Below, piece after piece: positions 49,639 to 59,031 of a DNA stretch of 64,000 bases; position 1 is the stretch's first letter, and the number at the start of each line of letters is the position of its first letter. Both the position numbers and the translations under genes were made by a program. The stretch is from IMG/VR virus record IMGVR_UViG_3300030060_005695. The stretch is one strand, 5' to 3'. The notes beneath the pieces are model-generated. The model searched no databases. It was not told the DNA's origin and saw nothing but the letters and a program-made list of their open reading frames with translations. This DNA is from a virus.

Positions 49639-50403
49639 ATGAAAATAACAAGAGAATTAGCAAAATTTAATAATATAAAGTTTCATGATAAGGAACACAT
49701 CTATTATTTAGATGGGGTAAGAACAAAATCTGTAACATCAATAATAGGAAAATATAAACATCCATTTGATAAAGATTATTGGTCACAAAAAAAGGCAGAC
49801 GAAAGAGGTATAACAAAAGAAGAAATCTTAAAAGAATGGAAATATAAAGCGGATTTTTCATGTGAAAAAGGTTCGGCTTTTCACGAGTACGCTGAAAATT
49901 TTTTAACGAATAAATTATTTCCATTTCCAGAATACAGAATAACAGAAGCTTTAGGTAGTAAAGAAAATATGTTAGAATGTAAAGAAGCTGTAAATAAATT
50001 AAAAAAAATGTTTGATGATTTTTACAATAAATCTTTTGGTAAATTAATACCAGTACGAGCAGAGGTTGTGGTTGGAGATAAAGATTGGGGTGTTACAGGA
50101 ATGATTGACCAATTATTCTATAACGAAAAATCACAAAAATTAGAAATTTGGGATTGGAAAACCAATAAAGCTATAAAAGAAAATAATAAATGGCAACAAT
50201 TTAAGGAACCTTTAAGTCATTTAGATGTTTGTGAATTAAATACATATTCACTACAATTATCTTTTTATAAATTAATAGTTGAAAGAAATACAAAACTAGA
50301 TTTAGGTGACAGTTATATCGTATGGTTTAATGAGAATAATGATACTTATAAAATTATTAAATGTTATGATTTTAGAGATGAAATATTAAAAATAATGAAC
50401 TAA
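49639..50403 (+). CDS. PD-(D/E)XK exonuclease (Cas4/RecB-like phage nuclease)
   Basis: SVTSII, GSAFHEYAE, GMIDQLF, IWDWKTN, YSLQLSFY. Confidence 0.85.
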   Translation: MKITRELAKFNNIKFHDKEHIYYLDGVRTKSVTSIIGKYKHPFDKDYWSQKKADERGITKEEILKEWKYKADFSCEKGSAFHEYAENFLTNKLFPFPEYRITEALGSKENMLECKEAVNKLKKMFDDFYNKSFGKLIPVRAEVVVGDKDWGVTGMIDQLFYNEKSQKLEIWDWKTNKAIKENNKWQQFKEPLSHLDVCELNTYSLQLSFYKLIVERNTKLDLGDSYIVWFNENNDTYKIIKCYDFRDEILKIMN

Positions 50404-51212
50404 TGGCAGAAATAACTAAACTAATACAATATGATGAACTTAAAAAAATAAAAATTGGACAAATCAAAGACTCCTGGAGTCACGACCTAAGACCAAGTTA
50501 TGTTAAAAACATTTTAAAAATATTAAGTGTAATTCTATTACTAGACTTTTTTCAAAAAAGAAGACTCAGAAAAATAAAAAATAGTATAGTTGAAAATGGG
50601 TATAATCCCGAAAAATATGGGTATATCCTAATCTTTCAAGAAAAAGGAAATAAAGACCACCCATATAGAGCTAGAGATGGTAATCATCGTTTAAGAATTC
50701 TAAAAGAACTATACGGTAATGAGCATGAAATTACGGTAATGTTAAGTGTTAATGCACCTGATGCAAAAAGAGAAATAGAAACTACTTGGGGTGAACTATG
50801 GGATGGAACCAGTAAACTACCAATAATATTGATACCCTCTATAATATTTTTTCTTTGGTATATGTTTTTAGATGTAATCCTAGTTTCTGTTACCTGTTAC
50901 TTTTTTATGATGTTCACTACAGATATAAGTTCTAGAGCACTAACAGACACACACCCTAAAAAAAGATTAGGGTGGTTACACGATAACGCAAAACTACTGT
51001 ATCAAGGCATAATGACAATTTATTACAACTATAGAAGAATAATATTATTACTCATTATTATTATTTATACTTATCATGTTGTTACTACTCACTTACTTGG
51101 GTTGTTAATTATAGGTGGTATAACAATTTTACTAAGATTAATTTTTGAAAAACTATATAATGACGTAAATATTAGTTTTCCAGAATTAATAGATAAAATA
51201 AAAAGTAGATAA
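50403..51212 (+). CDS. ParB/Srx-like domain fused to a multi-pass membrane region
   Basis: IKNSIVENGY...RARDGNHRLRILKEL; about 4 hydrophobic helices in the C-half. Confidence 0.6.
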   Translation: MAEITKLIQYDELKKIKIGQIKDSWSHDLRPSYVKNILKILSVILLLDFFQKRRLRKIKNSIVENGYNPEKYGYILIFQEKGNKDHPYRARDGNHRLRILKELYGNEHEITVMLSVNAPDAKREIETTWGELWDGTSKLPIILIPSIIFFLWYMFLDVILVSVTCYFFMMFTTDISSRALTDTHPKKRLGWLHDNAKLLYQGIMTIYYNYRRIILLLIIIIYTYHVVTTHLLGLLIIGGITILLRLIFEKLYNDVNISFPELIDKIKSR

Positions 51213-51994
51213 TGATAAATAAAATAATACATTATTCTGATTTACACTTAAAACTCTACAAACAACACAAAAGAGATAAAAAAGTTTTAGAAAAGGCTAT
51301 TGAGGAATGGACAGAACTAAAACCAGACAGAATTGTGTTTACCGGAGATTTCGTACACTCAAAAAATCAAATGACACCAGAGTTAATAAATTTAATGTCT
51401 TGGGTGATGACAGAAACAGCAAAAATTTGCAAGTGTGTTTATATTATAGGAAACCATGACTTTTTAGAAAATAATATGGATAGGATGGACGCTATATCAC
51501 CAGTGGTAGAAAGTTTAGATAACCCCAACATTGTTTACTATAAAGATAAAGGTTGCTACGTAGATGATAATATTTTATGGTGTGTTTACTCACTTACTAG
51601 TCATAATGTAAGTCCGGACATACCTGAAGATACGGATAAATATAAAATAGGTTTATTTCACGGACCGATAGAAGGAGCTTCAAATGACTTCGGATTTGTA
51701 TTTGACGATGGATTTAGTGTTGATAGATTTGATGGGTGTGATGTTGTTTTTGCTGGTGATATACACAAAAGACAAACATTTAAAATTCCTAGGGGTAAAA
51801 AAGCATATATGGTTGGTTCCACTATAATACAAAATTTCGGTGAAAGTATAAAAAATCATGGATATGGAGTTTACAACGTTAACACAGAAAAATATAAATT
51901 TTTTACACTTGATAATAACCAACCATATCTTAATTTTAAGATAAGAGACATTGGGGATATAGAAAAAGAAAAAGAAATTTTAACTAATGATTGA
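51212..51994 (+). CDS. sbcD: SbcD/Mre11-like (gp47) metallophosphoesterase, nuclease domain only
   Basis: SDLH, TGDFVH, GNHD, FHG, AGDIHKRQ, GSTIIQNFGE. Confidence 0.85.
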   Translation: MINKIIHYSDLHLKLYKQHKRDKKVLEKAIEEWTELKPDRIVFTGDFVHSKNQMTPELINLMSWVMTETAKICKCVYIIGNHDFLENNMDRMDAISPVVESLDNPNIVYYKDKGCYVDDNILWCVYSLTSHNVSPDIPEDTDKYKIGLFHGPIEGASNDFGFVFDDGFSVDRFDGCDVVFAGDIHKRQTFKIPRGKKAYMVGSTIIQNFGESIKNHGYGVYNVNTEKYKFFTLDNNQPYLNFKIRDIGDIEKEKEILTND

Positions 51995-52433
51995 AATAAA
52001 TAAAACATTAAAAAAAGAATTTGATGAATATTGTAAATTAAATGAGATAGACAATATATCAGATTTTATTGTTAAATGTGCAAAGGATGGACTAACTTTA
52101 GATAAATACGGTGTTGCACCTTTTTTACCAAAATCTCAGATACAAGAAGTACCTGTAGAAAAAGAAATTATAAAAGAGGTTATAAAAGAGATACCGGTAG
52201 AGAAAGAGGTGATAGTAGAAAAGATAATAACAAAAGAGGTTAAAGACACTCATTTGATAGAAGAGTTAGAAAAAATAAAATTAGAACTAGTGGAGTCAAA
52301 AACCACTATCAACGAACAAAAAAATAAAATAAAAGAACAAGATGATGTATTGGAACACTTTAAAAACGTTACAGTAAATAGAAGGACAAAATACATGAGA
52401 ACATCTAACTTAAACGACACATACTTAGATTAA
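51987..52433 (+). CDS. Hypothetical protein with (V/I)PVEKE-type repeats and coiled coil
   Basis: EVPVEKEIIKEVIKEIPVEKEVIVEKIITKEV. Confidence 0.6.
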   Translation: MIEINKTLKKEFDEYCKLNEIDNISDFIVKCAKDGLTLDKYGVAPFLPKSQIQEVPVEKEIIKEVIKEIPVEKEVIVEKIITKEVKDTHLIEELEKIKLELVESKTTINEQKNKIKEQDDVLEHFKNVTVNRRTKYMRTSNLNDTYLD

Positions 52434-52436
52434 ATT

Positions 52437-52769
52437 ATGGAAACACTTATATGGATTTTAGCAGCTTACGGAATGTCCCAAATATTAGTATTTGGTAGTA
52501 TATTTGACACCACAAGAGAATGGATAACAAAAAAATCAACTTTTTTTGGTGACTTACTTGGATGTATGATGTGTACATCTACATGGGTAGGATTCTTTTT
52601 CTCATTAACGTTCTACTCCCCAACAGAAAGCATGACGTTTATCCCTTACACTAGTATATTTTTTGATGGTATGTTAGCTAGTGGTTCAGTATGGGCAATT
52701 AATGCGATGGTAGAGTGGTTTGAAGAAAATAGACCCAAAGACGAAGACAACGGACCAGGAGTAGTTTAA
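52437..52769 (+). CDS. Small membrane protein, DUF1360-like with CxxC
   Basis: GDLLGCMMCTSTWVG between hydrophobic helices. Confidence 0.6.
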   Translation: METLIWILAAYGMSQILVFGSIFDTTREWITKKSTFFGDLLGCMMCTSTWVGFFFSLTFYSPTESMTFIPYTSIFFDGMLASGSVWAINAMVEWFEENRPKDEDNGPGVV

Positions 52770-52770
52770 T

Positions 52771-52801
52771 TTGATTTATTATCCATAATATTTTATATTT
52801 A
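52771..52801 (+). promoter_or_regulatory. Host-type promoter for DegT-GT2
   Basis: TTG-N20-TATATTTA, then 4 nt to ATG. Confidence 0.65.
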
Positions 52802-52805
52802 AATT

Positions 52806-53993
52806 ATGGATAAAACCCAAATACCCCTATTTAAAGTTTTTATGTCAGAGGAGGCACCTACTGAAGTAGGTAAAATACTAATGTCCGGTTTTGTGGGTGA
52901 AGGACCACAGGTAAAAAAGTTTGAAGATAAATTAAAAAACTATTTTGGTAGTAATAATCTTGTTACATTAAATTCAGCTACTTCAGCTTTACACCTAACT
53001 TTACATTTATTAAAAAACCCAACAAACACCATAGAATCTTCATCTGCTTATGCACCTCAACTAGGTGAGTGGCCTGGTTTAGAAGATGGTGACGAAGTAC
53101 TCAGTTGTCCCCTTACATGTACGGCTACTAACTGGCCTATACTAGCGAATAATTTAAATATAAAATGGGTTGATGTTAATCCAGAAACTTGTAACATGTG
53201 TTTAGATGATTTAGAAAAACAGATATCAGAAAAAACCAAAATCATCATGTTAGTACATTGGGGTGGTAACTCCATAGACTTAGATAGAGTAGAAAAAATA
53301 CAACAAAAATGTAAAAATAAATACGGATTTAGACCCGTAATAATCCAAGACGGAGCTCATGGATTTGGTTCCGAGTATAAAGGTAAAAAATTAGGAAACA
53401 CCAAACACGATACATTCACTATTTATAGTTTTCAAGCTATTAAACACCTTACAACAGTTGACGGGGGGTGTTTAATTCTACCAAATAATAGATACTATAA
53501 AAGAGCAAAACTTTTAAGGTGGTATGGTATTGATAGGGAGGATAATAGGAAAGATTTTAGATGTGAAAATGATATACCTGAATGGGGATTTAAATTTCAT
53601 ATGAATGATATTTCTGCGACCATAGGATTGTGTAATTTTAAACACATAGAAAGTATTTTAGAAAAACACAAACAAAATGCTCTTTACTATAATAAAGAAT
53701 TAAGGGGTTTAAAAAATCTTAAATTAATAAAAAGTGAAAACGAATGTTCTTATTGGATTTATACAATCAGGGTTAAAAATCAAAAAAAATTTATGGACAT
53801 GATGGAATCAAAAGGTATAATGGTTAGTAGAATACATGAACGTAATGACAAACACTCGTGTGTAGAAAAATATAAAAGAAATTTACCAAACTTAGATAAG
53901 TTAGTTAATGAAATGATTTGTATACCAGTTGGATGGTGGTTAAGTAAAGAGGATAAAGAATATATTGTTAAAGCAATAAAAGGTGGATGGTAA
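52806..53993 (+). CDS. DegT/DnrJ/EryC1/StrS PLP-dependent nucleotide-sugar aminotransferase
   Basis: GPQVKKFE, NSATSALHL, GDEV, VHWGG, QDGAHGFG, SFQAIKHLTTVDGG (PLP Lys), GFKFHMND. Confidence 0.93.
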   Translation: MDKTQIPLFKVFMSEEAPTEVGKILMSGFVGEGPQVKKFEDKLKNYFGSNNLVTLNSATSALHLTLHLLKNPTNTIESSSAYAPQLGEWPGLEDGDEVLSCPLTCTATNWPILANNLNIKWVDVNPETCNMCLDDLEKQISEKTKIIMLVHWGGNSIDLDRVEKIQQKCKNKYGFRPVIIQDGAHGFGSEYKGKKLGNTKHDTFTIYSFQAIKHLTTVDGGCLILPNNRYYKRAKLLRWYGIDREDNRKDFRCENDIPEWGFKFHMNDISATIGLCNFKHIESILEKHKQNALYYNKELRGLKNLKLIKSENECSYWIYTIRVKNQKKFMDMMESKGIMVSRIHERNDKHSCVEKYKRNLPNLDKLVNEMICIPVGWWLSKEDKEYIVKAIKGGW

Positions 53994-55021
53994 ATAATAG
54001 TATTTCTTGTGTAGTAATTACAAATGGATTAAATAATAAGTTTTTAACTGAAAGAACTTTATCCAGTATTATGAGTACAACCGACCATATAGGTTGGCAG
54101 ATTGAGTTAATAGTTGTGGATAATAGTCCAGACCAAAACGTTAAAGATATTTTATTAGATGAAGGTTATATAAATGTGGTAAATAAAAGAATAAATGTAA
54201 TAAAATCTTTACCCAATCATTTACCCAAAGCTTTTAATACGGGCGTAATAAATTCACAAAGTAAGTACGTTGCACTTTTTCATGATGATTGTGAAATACT
54301 AGATAATAATTGGGTTAAAAAACTAACAAATCAATTAACTGAAAAAGTATATATGGTGGGTCCTGAGTTACATACAGATATTGAACCACTACAAATTATA
54401 AAACAAAAAAAATATCTAAAAGAAGTACCAGTAGTTTTAGAAAGAGAAAAATTTTTAGAAATAGATGGGTATGATGAAAGTTATTATTGGGGATTTGAGG
54501 ATGTAATGTTTTCTACAAAGATACTAAATCTAGGAAAGCAAATAAAAAAAGTACCAGTACAATACAACCACTTCAACGGAATGTCTACTATTCTTCTACA
54601 AAAAAAATACTTATCATCACCAACAGAGTTTAAAGATACTCAAGATACTTTTGTTAAAATGCTAACCAGAAAAGAATTTAATGAGTTTAAAAGAAAAACA
54701 ATGGGACACATTAAGGTAAAAATAAAAGAAGTAATTAAAAACCCACTACTAATAACCATACTTACTATTCTAAAATTTTCAACTAATTTAAAAATAACAA
54801 AAAATATAGGTGTTAACCTAGGATATATACAACTTTGTAGGTATTGGAAAACAGTACCAACCAAAGTACCTACAGAAATTTTAGTTGGTCTAATGCCTAA
54901 AACACAAAATGATATAGATGTATTAATGGAAGACATTAAACAACAAAAAGATGGGGAACTTTATAGTAAACTAGAAAAATATAAAGGAAAAATTTTTAAA
55001 GATTATTTTAAAACTATCTAG
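53987..55021 (+). CDS. Glycosyltransferase family 2
   Basis: ELIVVDNS, KAFNTG, ALFHDDCE, GYDESYYWGFEDV. Confidence 0.85.
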   Translation: MVNNSISCVVITNGLNNKFLTERTLSSIMSTTDHIGWQIELIVVDNSPDQNVKDILLDEGYINVVNKRINVIKSLPNHLPKAFNTGVINSQSKYVALFHDDCEILDNNWVKKLTNQLTEKVYMVGPELHTDIEPLQIIKQKKYLKEVPVVLEREKFLEIDGYDESYYWGFEDVMFSTKILNLGKQIKKVPVQYNHFNGMSTILLQKKYLSSPTEFKDTQDTFVKMLTRKEFNEFKRKTMGHIKVKIKEVIKNPLLITILTILKFSTNLKITKNIGVNLGYIQLCRYWKTVPTKVPTEILVGLMPKTQNDIDVLMEDIKQQKDGELYSKLEKYKGKIFKDYFKTI

Positions 55022-55724
55022 CGTTAGGGTCACAATACTTACCCTTTCTATTTTCACTACCACCAGCAGGAATAGTATGTCCACCAGCCATCACATTTAT
55101 AGGGTTAACTTTTTTACCACCCTTCCAAATAATGTAATGTAAGTGAGGACCCATAGAATTACCAGCACCTGGGTCACCTTCACCACCACCAGAAACCCCA
55201 ACAGGAAAACCTTTAGGTATTTTTAAACCATACAACTTTTCATTAACAACTTTCATATGGCAATAACCAACAGCATCCCCATTATTACAATCAACTTTTA
55301 TAAAACCACCACAATCACCACCATCATCACTAGCTTTACTAACAATACCCGCACATGCAGATATAAGAGGTTGGTCATTTCTTAAACCAGTAGTATCCAA
55401 ATCCACACCACTGTGTAATCTATTATTACCAGTAGCAGTTCTATACCCATAACAACTATTAATTTTTTTTGGTAAAGTGGGTATTGGGTACAATGTTGGA
55501 GCATCATTATTATCTTTATATTTGGAAGGAATGTAACTTAAAACTTTTTCTAATTTACTTCTAGATAACTCACGTAATATTTTATAATCATTAGGGCTAG
55601 GTTTAGTTAATCTACTGATAACAGCTTCCGCTATTTTTTTAAGTGGGTCAGGAAGATTTTTTATATTAAACCTCTGTTCCTTAACTAATTTAGTGTACTG
55701 ATTTTCGGTTATTCTAATTTTCAC
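55014..55724 (-). CDS. M23 family peptidase (only credible minus-strand gene)
   Basis: HSGVD, YCHM, GNSMGPHLHY, KVNP; GTG start preceded by TATTTAT on the minus strand. Confidence 0.88.
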   Translation of the reverse strand: MKIRITENQYTKLVKEQRFNIKNLPDPLKKIAEAVISRLTKPSPNDYKILRELSRSKLEKVLSYIPSKYKDNNDAPTLYPIPTLPKKINSCYGYRTATGNNRLHSGVDLDTTGLRNDQPLISACAGIVSKASDDGGDCGGFIKVDCNNGDAVGYCHMKVVNEKLYGLKIPKGFPVGVSGGGEGDPGAGNSMGPHLHYIIWKGGKKVNPINVMAGGHTIPAGGSENRKGKYCDPNAR

Positions 55725-55730
55725 TTCATA

Positions 55731-55761
55731 TTGATTTATACTAATAAATATACGATATTTA
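55731..55761. promoter_or_regulatory. Divergent overlapping promoters: host-type for sbcC (+) and TATTTAT-type for M23 (-)
   Basis: TTG-N20-GATATTTA then 4 nt to ATG 55766; ATAAATA at 55744-55750 is TATTTAT on the minus strand. Confidence 0.55.
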
Positions 55762-55765
55762 AGAC

Positions 55766-58093
55766 ATGGAAATAGATAAGTTAGAAAATCCTTTCATTAA
55801 GGTTACATGGGACGACATACCAGAAAATTTTACACAAGAAAGAATTAAAAGAGTTAGAAGTTACTTTCAAAACAAATACAATTCTAAGAATGTAACAGTC
55901 CTTACTAGAGCTATTGATAGAAAGTCAGGAAACGAACTAGATATAGACCTAGAACAAAATGTAATGGACACCACATATCAAAGGAATCTCATGTCACAAT
56001 TTGTTATGGCAAATGATATGAGAGTGGATATAGATTTGTTGAAAAGATTAGATGATAAGGTAAACGCAAAAATTGCGGATGAAGTCGAAATGGACACCAA
56101 ATACAAAAGAGTATATATTAAAAATATAAAATTTTCCAATTTCTTATCATTTGGGGATAATAACACACTAAATGTGGAAAAACTAGGAGGTATTACCGTC
56201 ATAGACTCCAACCCACCCAATTTTGGAGGTAAATCCGTTTTAGCTGTAGACCTAATACTATTCTTATTCTTTAATACCACAACTAAAACTACTAAAGCAA
56301 TCGATATTTTTAATAGATTTAGAAAAAGTAATGAAGTTTTCGTTCAAGGAGAAGTTGAAATAGATGGGAAAGATTATATTATAGTTAGAAAAATTAAAAG
56401 AAGAAAGACAAAAAAAGGGGATTGGTCTGTTAGTACTAGTTTAGAGTTTTTAGAAAGAAAAAAAGACGGTTCATTACAAAATTTTACAGGAGAACAAAGA
56501 AGAGAAACGGAAAAGTTTATAAAGGAATCTATTGGTACTATGAATGATTTTTTACTAACAGTTTTATCTACTGCTGGTAATCTAGAATCACTTATAGAGT
56601 CAAAACCTACAGAAAGAGGTAATGTTTTAAGTAGATTTATAGGTCTAGAAGTTTTAAAAGACAAAGAAAAAACATGTAAAGAAATGTATTCCGCTTGGTC
56701 AAAAAAATTAATATCTAATGTTTATAATATTGAAGATTTAAAACAAGGTATTAAAAAAGAAGAGGAAACAAAAAATACCTTAACACAAAATAACATAGAG
56801 AATGAAAAAAATCTAAAAAAAGTAGAGGTTGAACTGTTAAAGAACAATAAAAATAGGGATGAATTAATAAGTAAAAAATTTATTGATATAGATAGTGAAA
56901 TAGAGAAGGTAAATCCTAGGTTATTAAAAGAAAATTTAGATGAAAATAATTTAAATTTATTAAGTTTAGATTTAAAATTAAAAGCTTATGGGGACAAAGA
57001 AATTCCAGAAGAGATAGACTTAGAAATTTTAAGTCATAAGACAAAAGAAAGGGATAACACCTTACATAAAAAGATACAAAATACAACTAATTTAAAAAAT
57101 TTAAATAAAACATTAAAAAATTTAATAGAGGCAGAAATATGCCCTACTTGTAAACAACCTTTAAAAGATGTAGACCATACAGATGAGATTGAATCCTTAA
57201 AAAAAGAAGTAAATCAACTAACCACTACAATAAATAAGGAAGAAATAAAACTAACTAACTTAAATGAAGATGTAGATAAGCTCACCACCAAAAAAACAAT
57301 TTTTGATGAGTACGAGAAAGAAATGTTAAAAAAAGAAAGATTAGTATTAGAGATAAATAAAAAAGAATTAGATATAAGGGAGTTAAGAAATAAATTAGAA
57401 GAATGGGAAAGTAATAAAAATAAACTTGAAGAAAATGCGGAAATAGATAAAAAAATATTAACCACTAACTCCACCATAGATGTATTAAAAACAAATAAGG
57501 ATTCTTTAATAAGAGATATAGAAAGTAATATTAGTGGGATAAAAGTAGCAGAAGACACTATAGTAGAACATAATACTAAGATAAGTAAAATTAAAAAAGA
57601 AAATGAAGTTGAAGAAATTTTTAGAGCTTATTTAACTGTATTTGGTAAGAATGGGATAATAAAAACAATAGTTAAAAGTGTCGTACCAAAACTTAATAGT
57701 GAATTAATGAGGTTATTATCCGACGTAACTAATTTTATGGTTGAAATAAGGGTTAGTGATAAAAATGAAGTAGAGTTTTGGATGGTAGATAATAATACTG
57801 GCGTAGAAAAATTATTAGTTACTGGGAGTGGTTTTGAAAAAACACTAGCATCTCTTGCTATTAGAACGGTATTGACTAAGGTATCTTGTCTACCACGACC
57901 AAACATAACTGTATTTGATGAAGTATTGGGTAAGGTAAGTAATGAAAATCTTGACCAGGTAGGTACATTTTTTAGTAGAGTTAAAGATTATTTTGAAAAT
58001 ATATTTTTAATCACACATAATCCTTTAGTAAGAGAGTGGTCCGATAATATAATAACAATCACTAAAGAAAGTAATATTTCTAAATTAAAATAA
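55766..58093 (+). CDS. sbcC: SbcC/Rad50-like (gp46) ATPase with an extra ~110-aa N-terminal domain
   Basis: IKNIKFSNFLSFG, NFGGKS, zinc hook CPTCKQ, signature GSGFEK, Walker B FDEVLG, LITH. Confidence 0.92.
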   Translation: MEIDKLENPFIKVTWDDIPENFTQERIKRVRSYFQNKYNSKNVTVLTRAIDRKSGNELDIDLEQNVMDTTYQRNLMSQFVMANDMRVDIDLLKRLDDKVNAKIADEVEMDTKYKRVYIKNIKFSNFLSFGDNNTLNVEKLGGITVIDSNPPNFGGKSVLAVDLILFLFFNTTTKTTKAIDIFNRFRKSNEVFVQGEVEIDGKDYIIVRKIKRRKTKKGDWSVSTSLEFLERKKDGSLQNFTGEQRRETEKFIKESIGTMNDFLLTVLSTAGNLESLIESKPTERGNVLSRFIGLEVLKDKEKTCKEMYSAWSKKLISNVYNIEDLKQGIKKEEETKNTLTQNNIENEKNLKKVEVELLKNNKNRDELISKKFIDIDSEIEKVNPRLLKENLDENNLNLLSLDLKLKAYGDKEIPEEIDLEILSHKTKERDNTLHKKIQNTTNLKNLNKTLKNLIEAEICPTCKQPLKDVDHTDEIESLKKEVNQLTTTINKEEIKLTNLNEDVDKLTTKKTIFDEYEKEMLKKERLVLEINKKELDIRELRNKLEEWESNKNKLEENAEIDKKILTTNSTIDVLKTNKDSLIRDIESNISGIKVAEDTIVEHNTKISKIKKENEVEEIFRAYLTVFGKNGIIKTIVKSVVPKLNSELMRLLSDVTNFMVEIRVSDKNEVEFWMVDNNTGVEKLLVTGSGFEKTLASLAIRTVLTKVSCLPRPNITVFDEVLGKVSNENLDQVGTFFSRVKDYFENIFLITHNPLVREWSDNIITITKESNISKLK

Positions 58094-58105
58094 ATATTTA
58101 TAAGT

Positions 58106-58663
58106 ATGGGACCAAGAGTTAAACAATACCTTTTATTTATGTTCGGTAATTGGAGTATGATTGAAAAAAATTCTGAAGTAGTTAATAATATTAGAGATGT
58201 TATGGAGACTATAGTTACTGAAGAAGAATTTACTTTTATTACCGGAGACCATGTAATAATAATGTGTGTAAAATCTAGATTGTCTTTTGAAGAAATAGAT
58301 GAAATACTAAAAGAATTTCTTTCACCATTTATAAATACTCTATTTCTAATGCCTAAACCTAGAAAACTAGCTTATAGAATGGACGAAAATTTAAAAAATC
58401 ATTTGTTTGGAAAGGCAAAACCAAAATATAAAAACATAGACCCTAAAATTGCCGAGATACTAACTCAACAGTTACAATCAATAGTTAACGACAGAGTAAA
58501 AAAGTTGAAGAAAGACATTGACAAAAGTAAAAATATTAGTACTTTTAAAAAAACAAAGTTAATTCCAATGACCATTGACGGACTTTTGGATAAAATAATA
58601 GAAGAGGGAATCGATAGTTTAACTATAGAAGAAAAAGAATTTTTAAATAAATTTAACAAGTAA
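58106..58663 (+). CDS. Hypothetical protein with C-terminal DUF6576-like helical motif
   Basis: IDGLLDKIIEEGIDSLTIEEKEFLNK. Confidence 0.6.
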   Translation: MGPRVKQYLLFMFGNWSMIEKNSEVVNNIRDVMETIVTEEEFTFITGDHVIIMCVKSRLSFEEIDEILKEFLSPFINTLFLMPKPRKLAYRMDENLKNHLFGKAKPKYKNIDPKIAEILTQQLQSIVNDRVKKLKKDIDKSKNISTFKKTKLIPMTIDGLLDKIIEEGIDSLTIEEKEFLNKFNK

Positions 58664-58668
58664 AAAAA

Positions 58669-59007
58669 ATGAAATTAGATACTAGTAAATATAAAATAAC
58701 TTTAATGACAGAAGCTGTTTGTCCTTCATGTCAAGAAATACAACAATTATTCGACAACAATCTTATTAAATACCAAAATAAATGTATTACAGCACAAATA
58801 CCACCTGACTATACGGTTAATCAAGAAAATGCTGCTAATAGATGGGAATTTCATGATTTAGCTGACAAACATCCAGATAAAGTTAGTAATACTCCAGTAA
58901 TGATAATAGAAGATGTTGATGGGAATCAAGAAATATTTAGTGCTGGTGCAGGTTATGAAACAGCAGAAGAGGCTTTAGAATTAATACAAAAAAATTACTG
59001 CATATAA
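58669..59007 (+). CDS. Glutaredoxin/thioredoxin-fold protein
   Basis: N-terminal CPSC and cis-Pro loop NTPVMII. Confidence 0.7.
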   Translation: MKLDTSKYKITLMTEAVCPSCQEIQQLFDNNLIKYQNKCITAQIPPDYTVNQENAANRWEFHDLADKHPDKVSNTPVMIIEDVDGNQEIFSAGAGYETAEEALELIQKNYCI

Positions 59008-59013
59008 AATAAA

Positions 59014-59031
59014 CCAACAAATCCTTGTTGG
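59014..59031 (+). terminator. Short hairpin after the glutaredoxin-like gene
   Basis: CCAACAA-ATCC-TTGTTGG; the T tract is displaced by about 11 nt. Confidence 0.35.

Noticed and set aside
49639-50403. CRISPR-Cas system (Cas4-like nuclease)
   Set aside because: No repeat-spacer array or other cas genes; standalone PD-(D/E)XK nucleases are common in phages.
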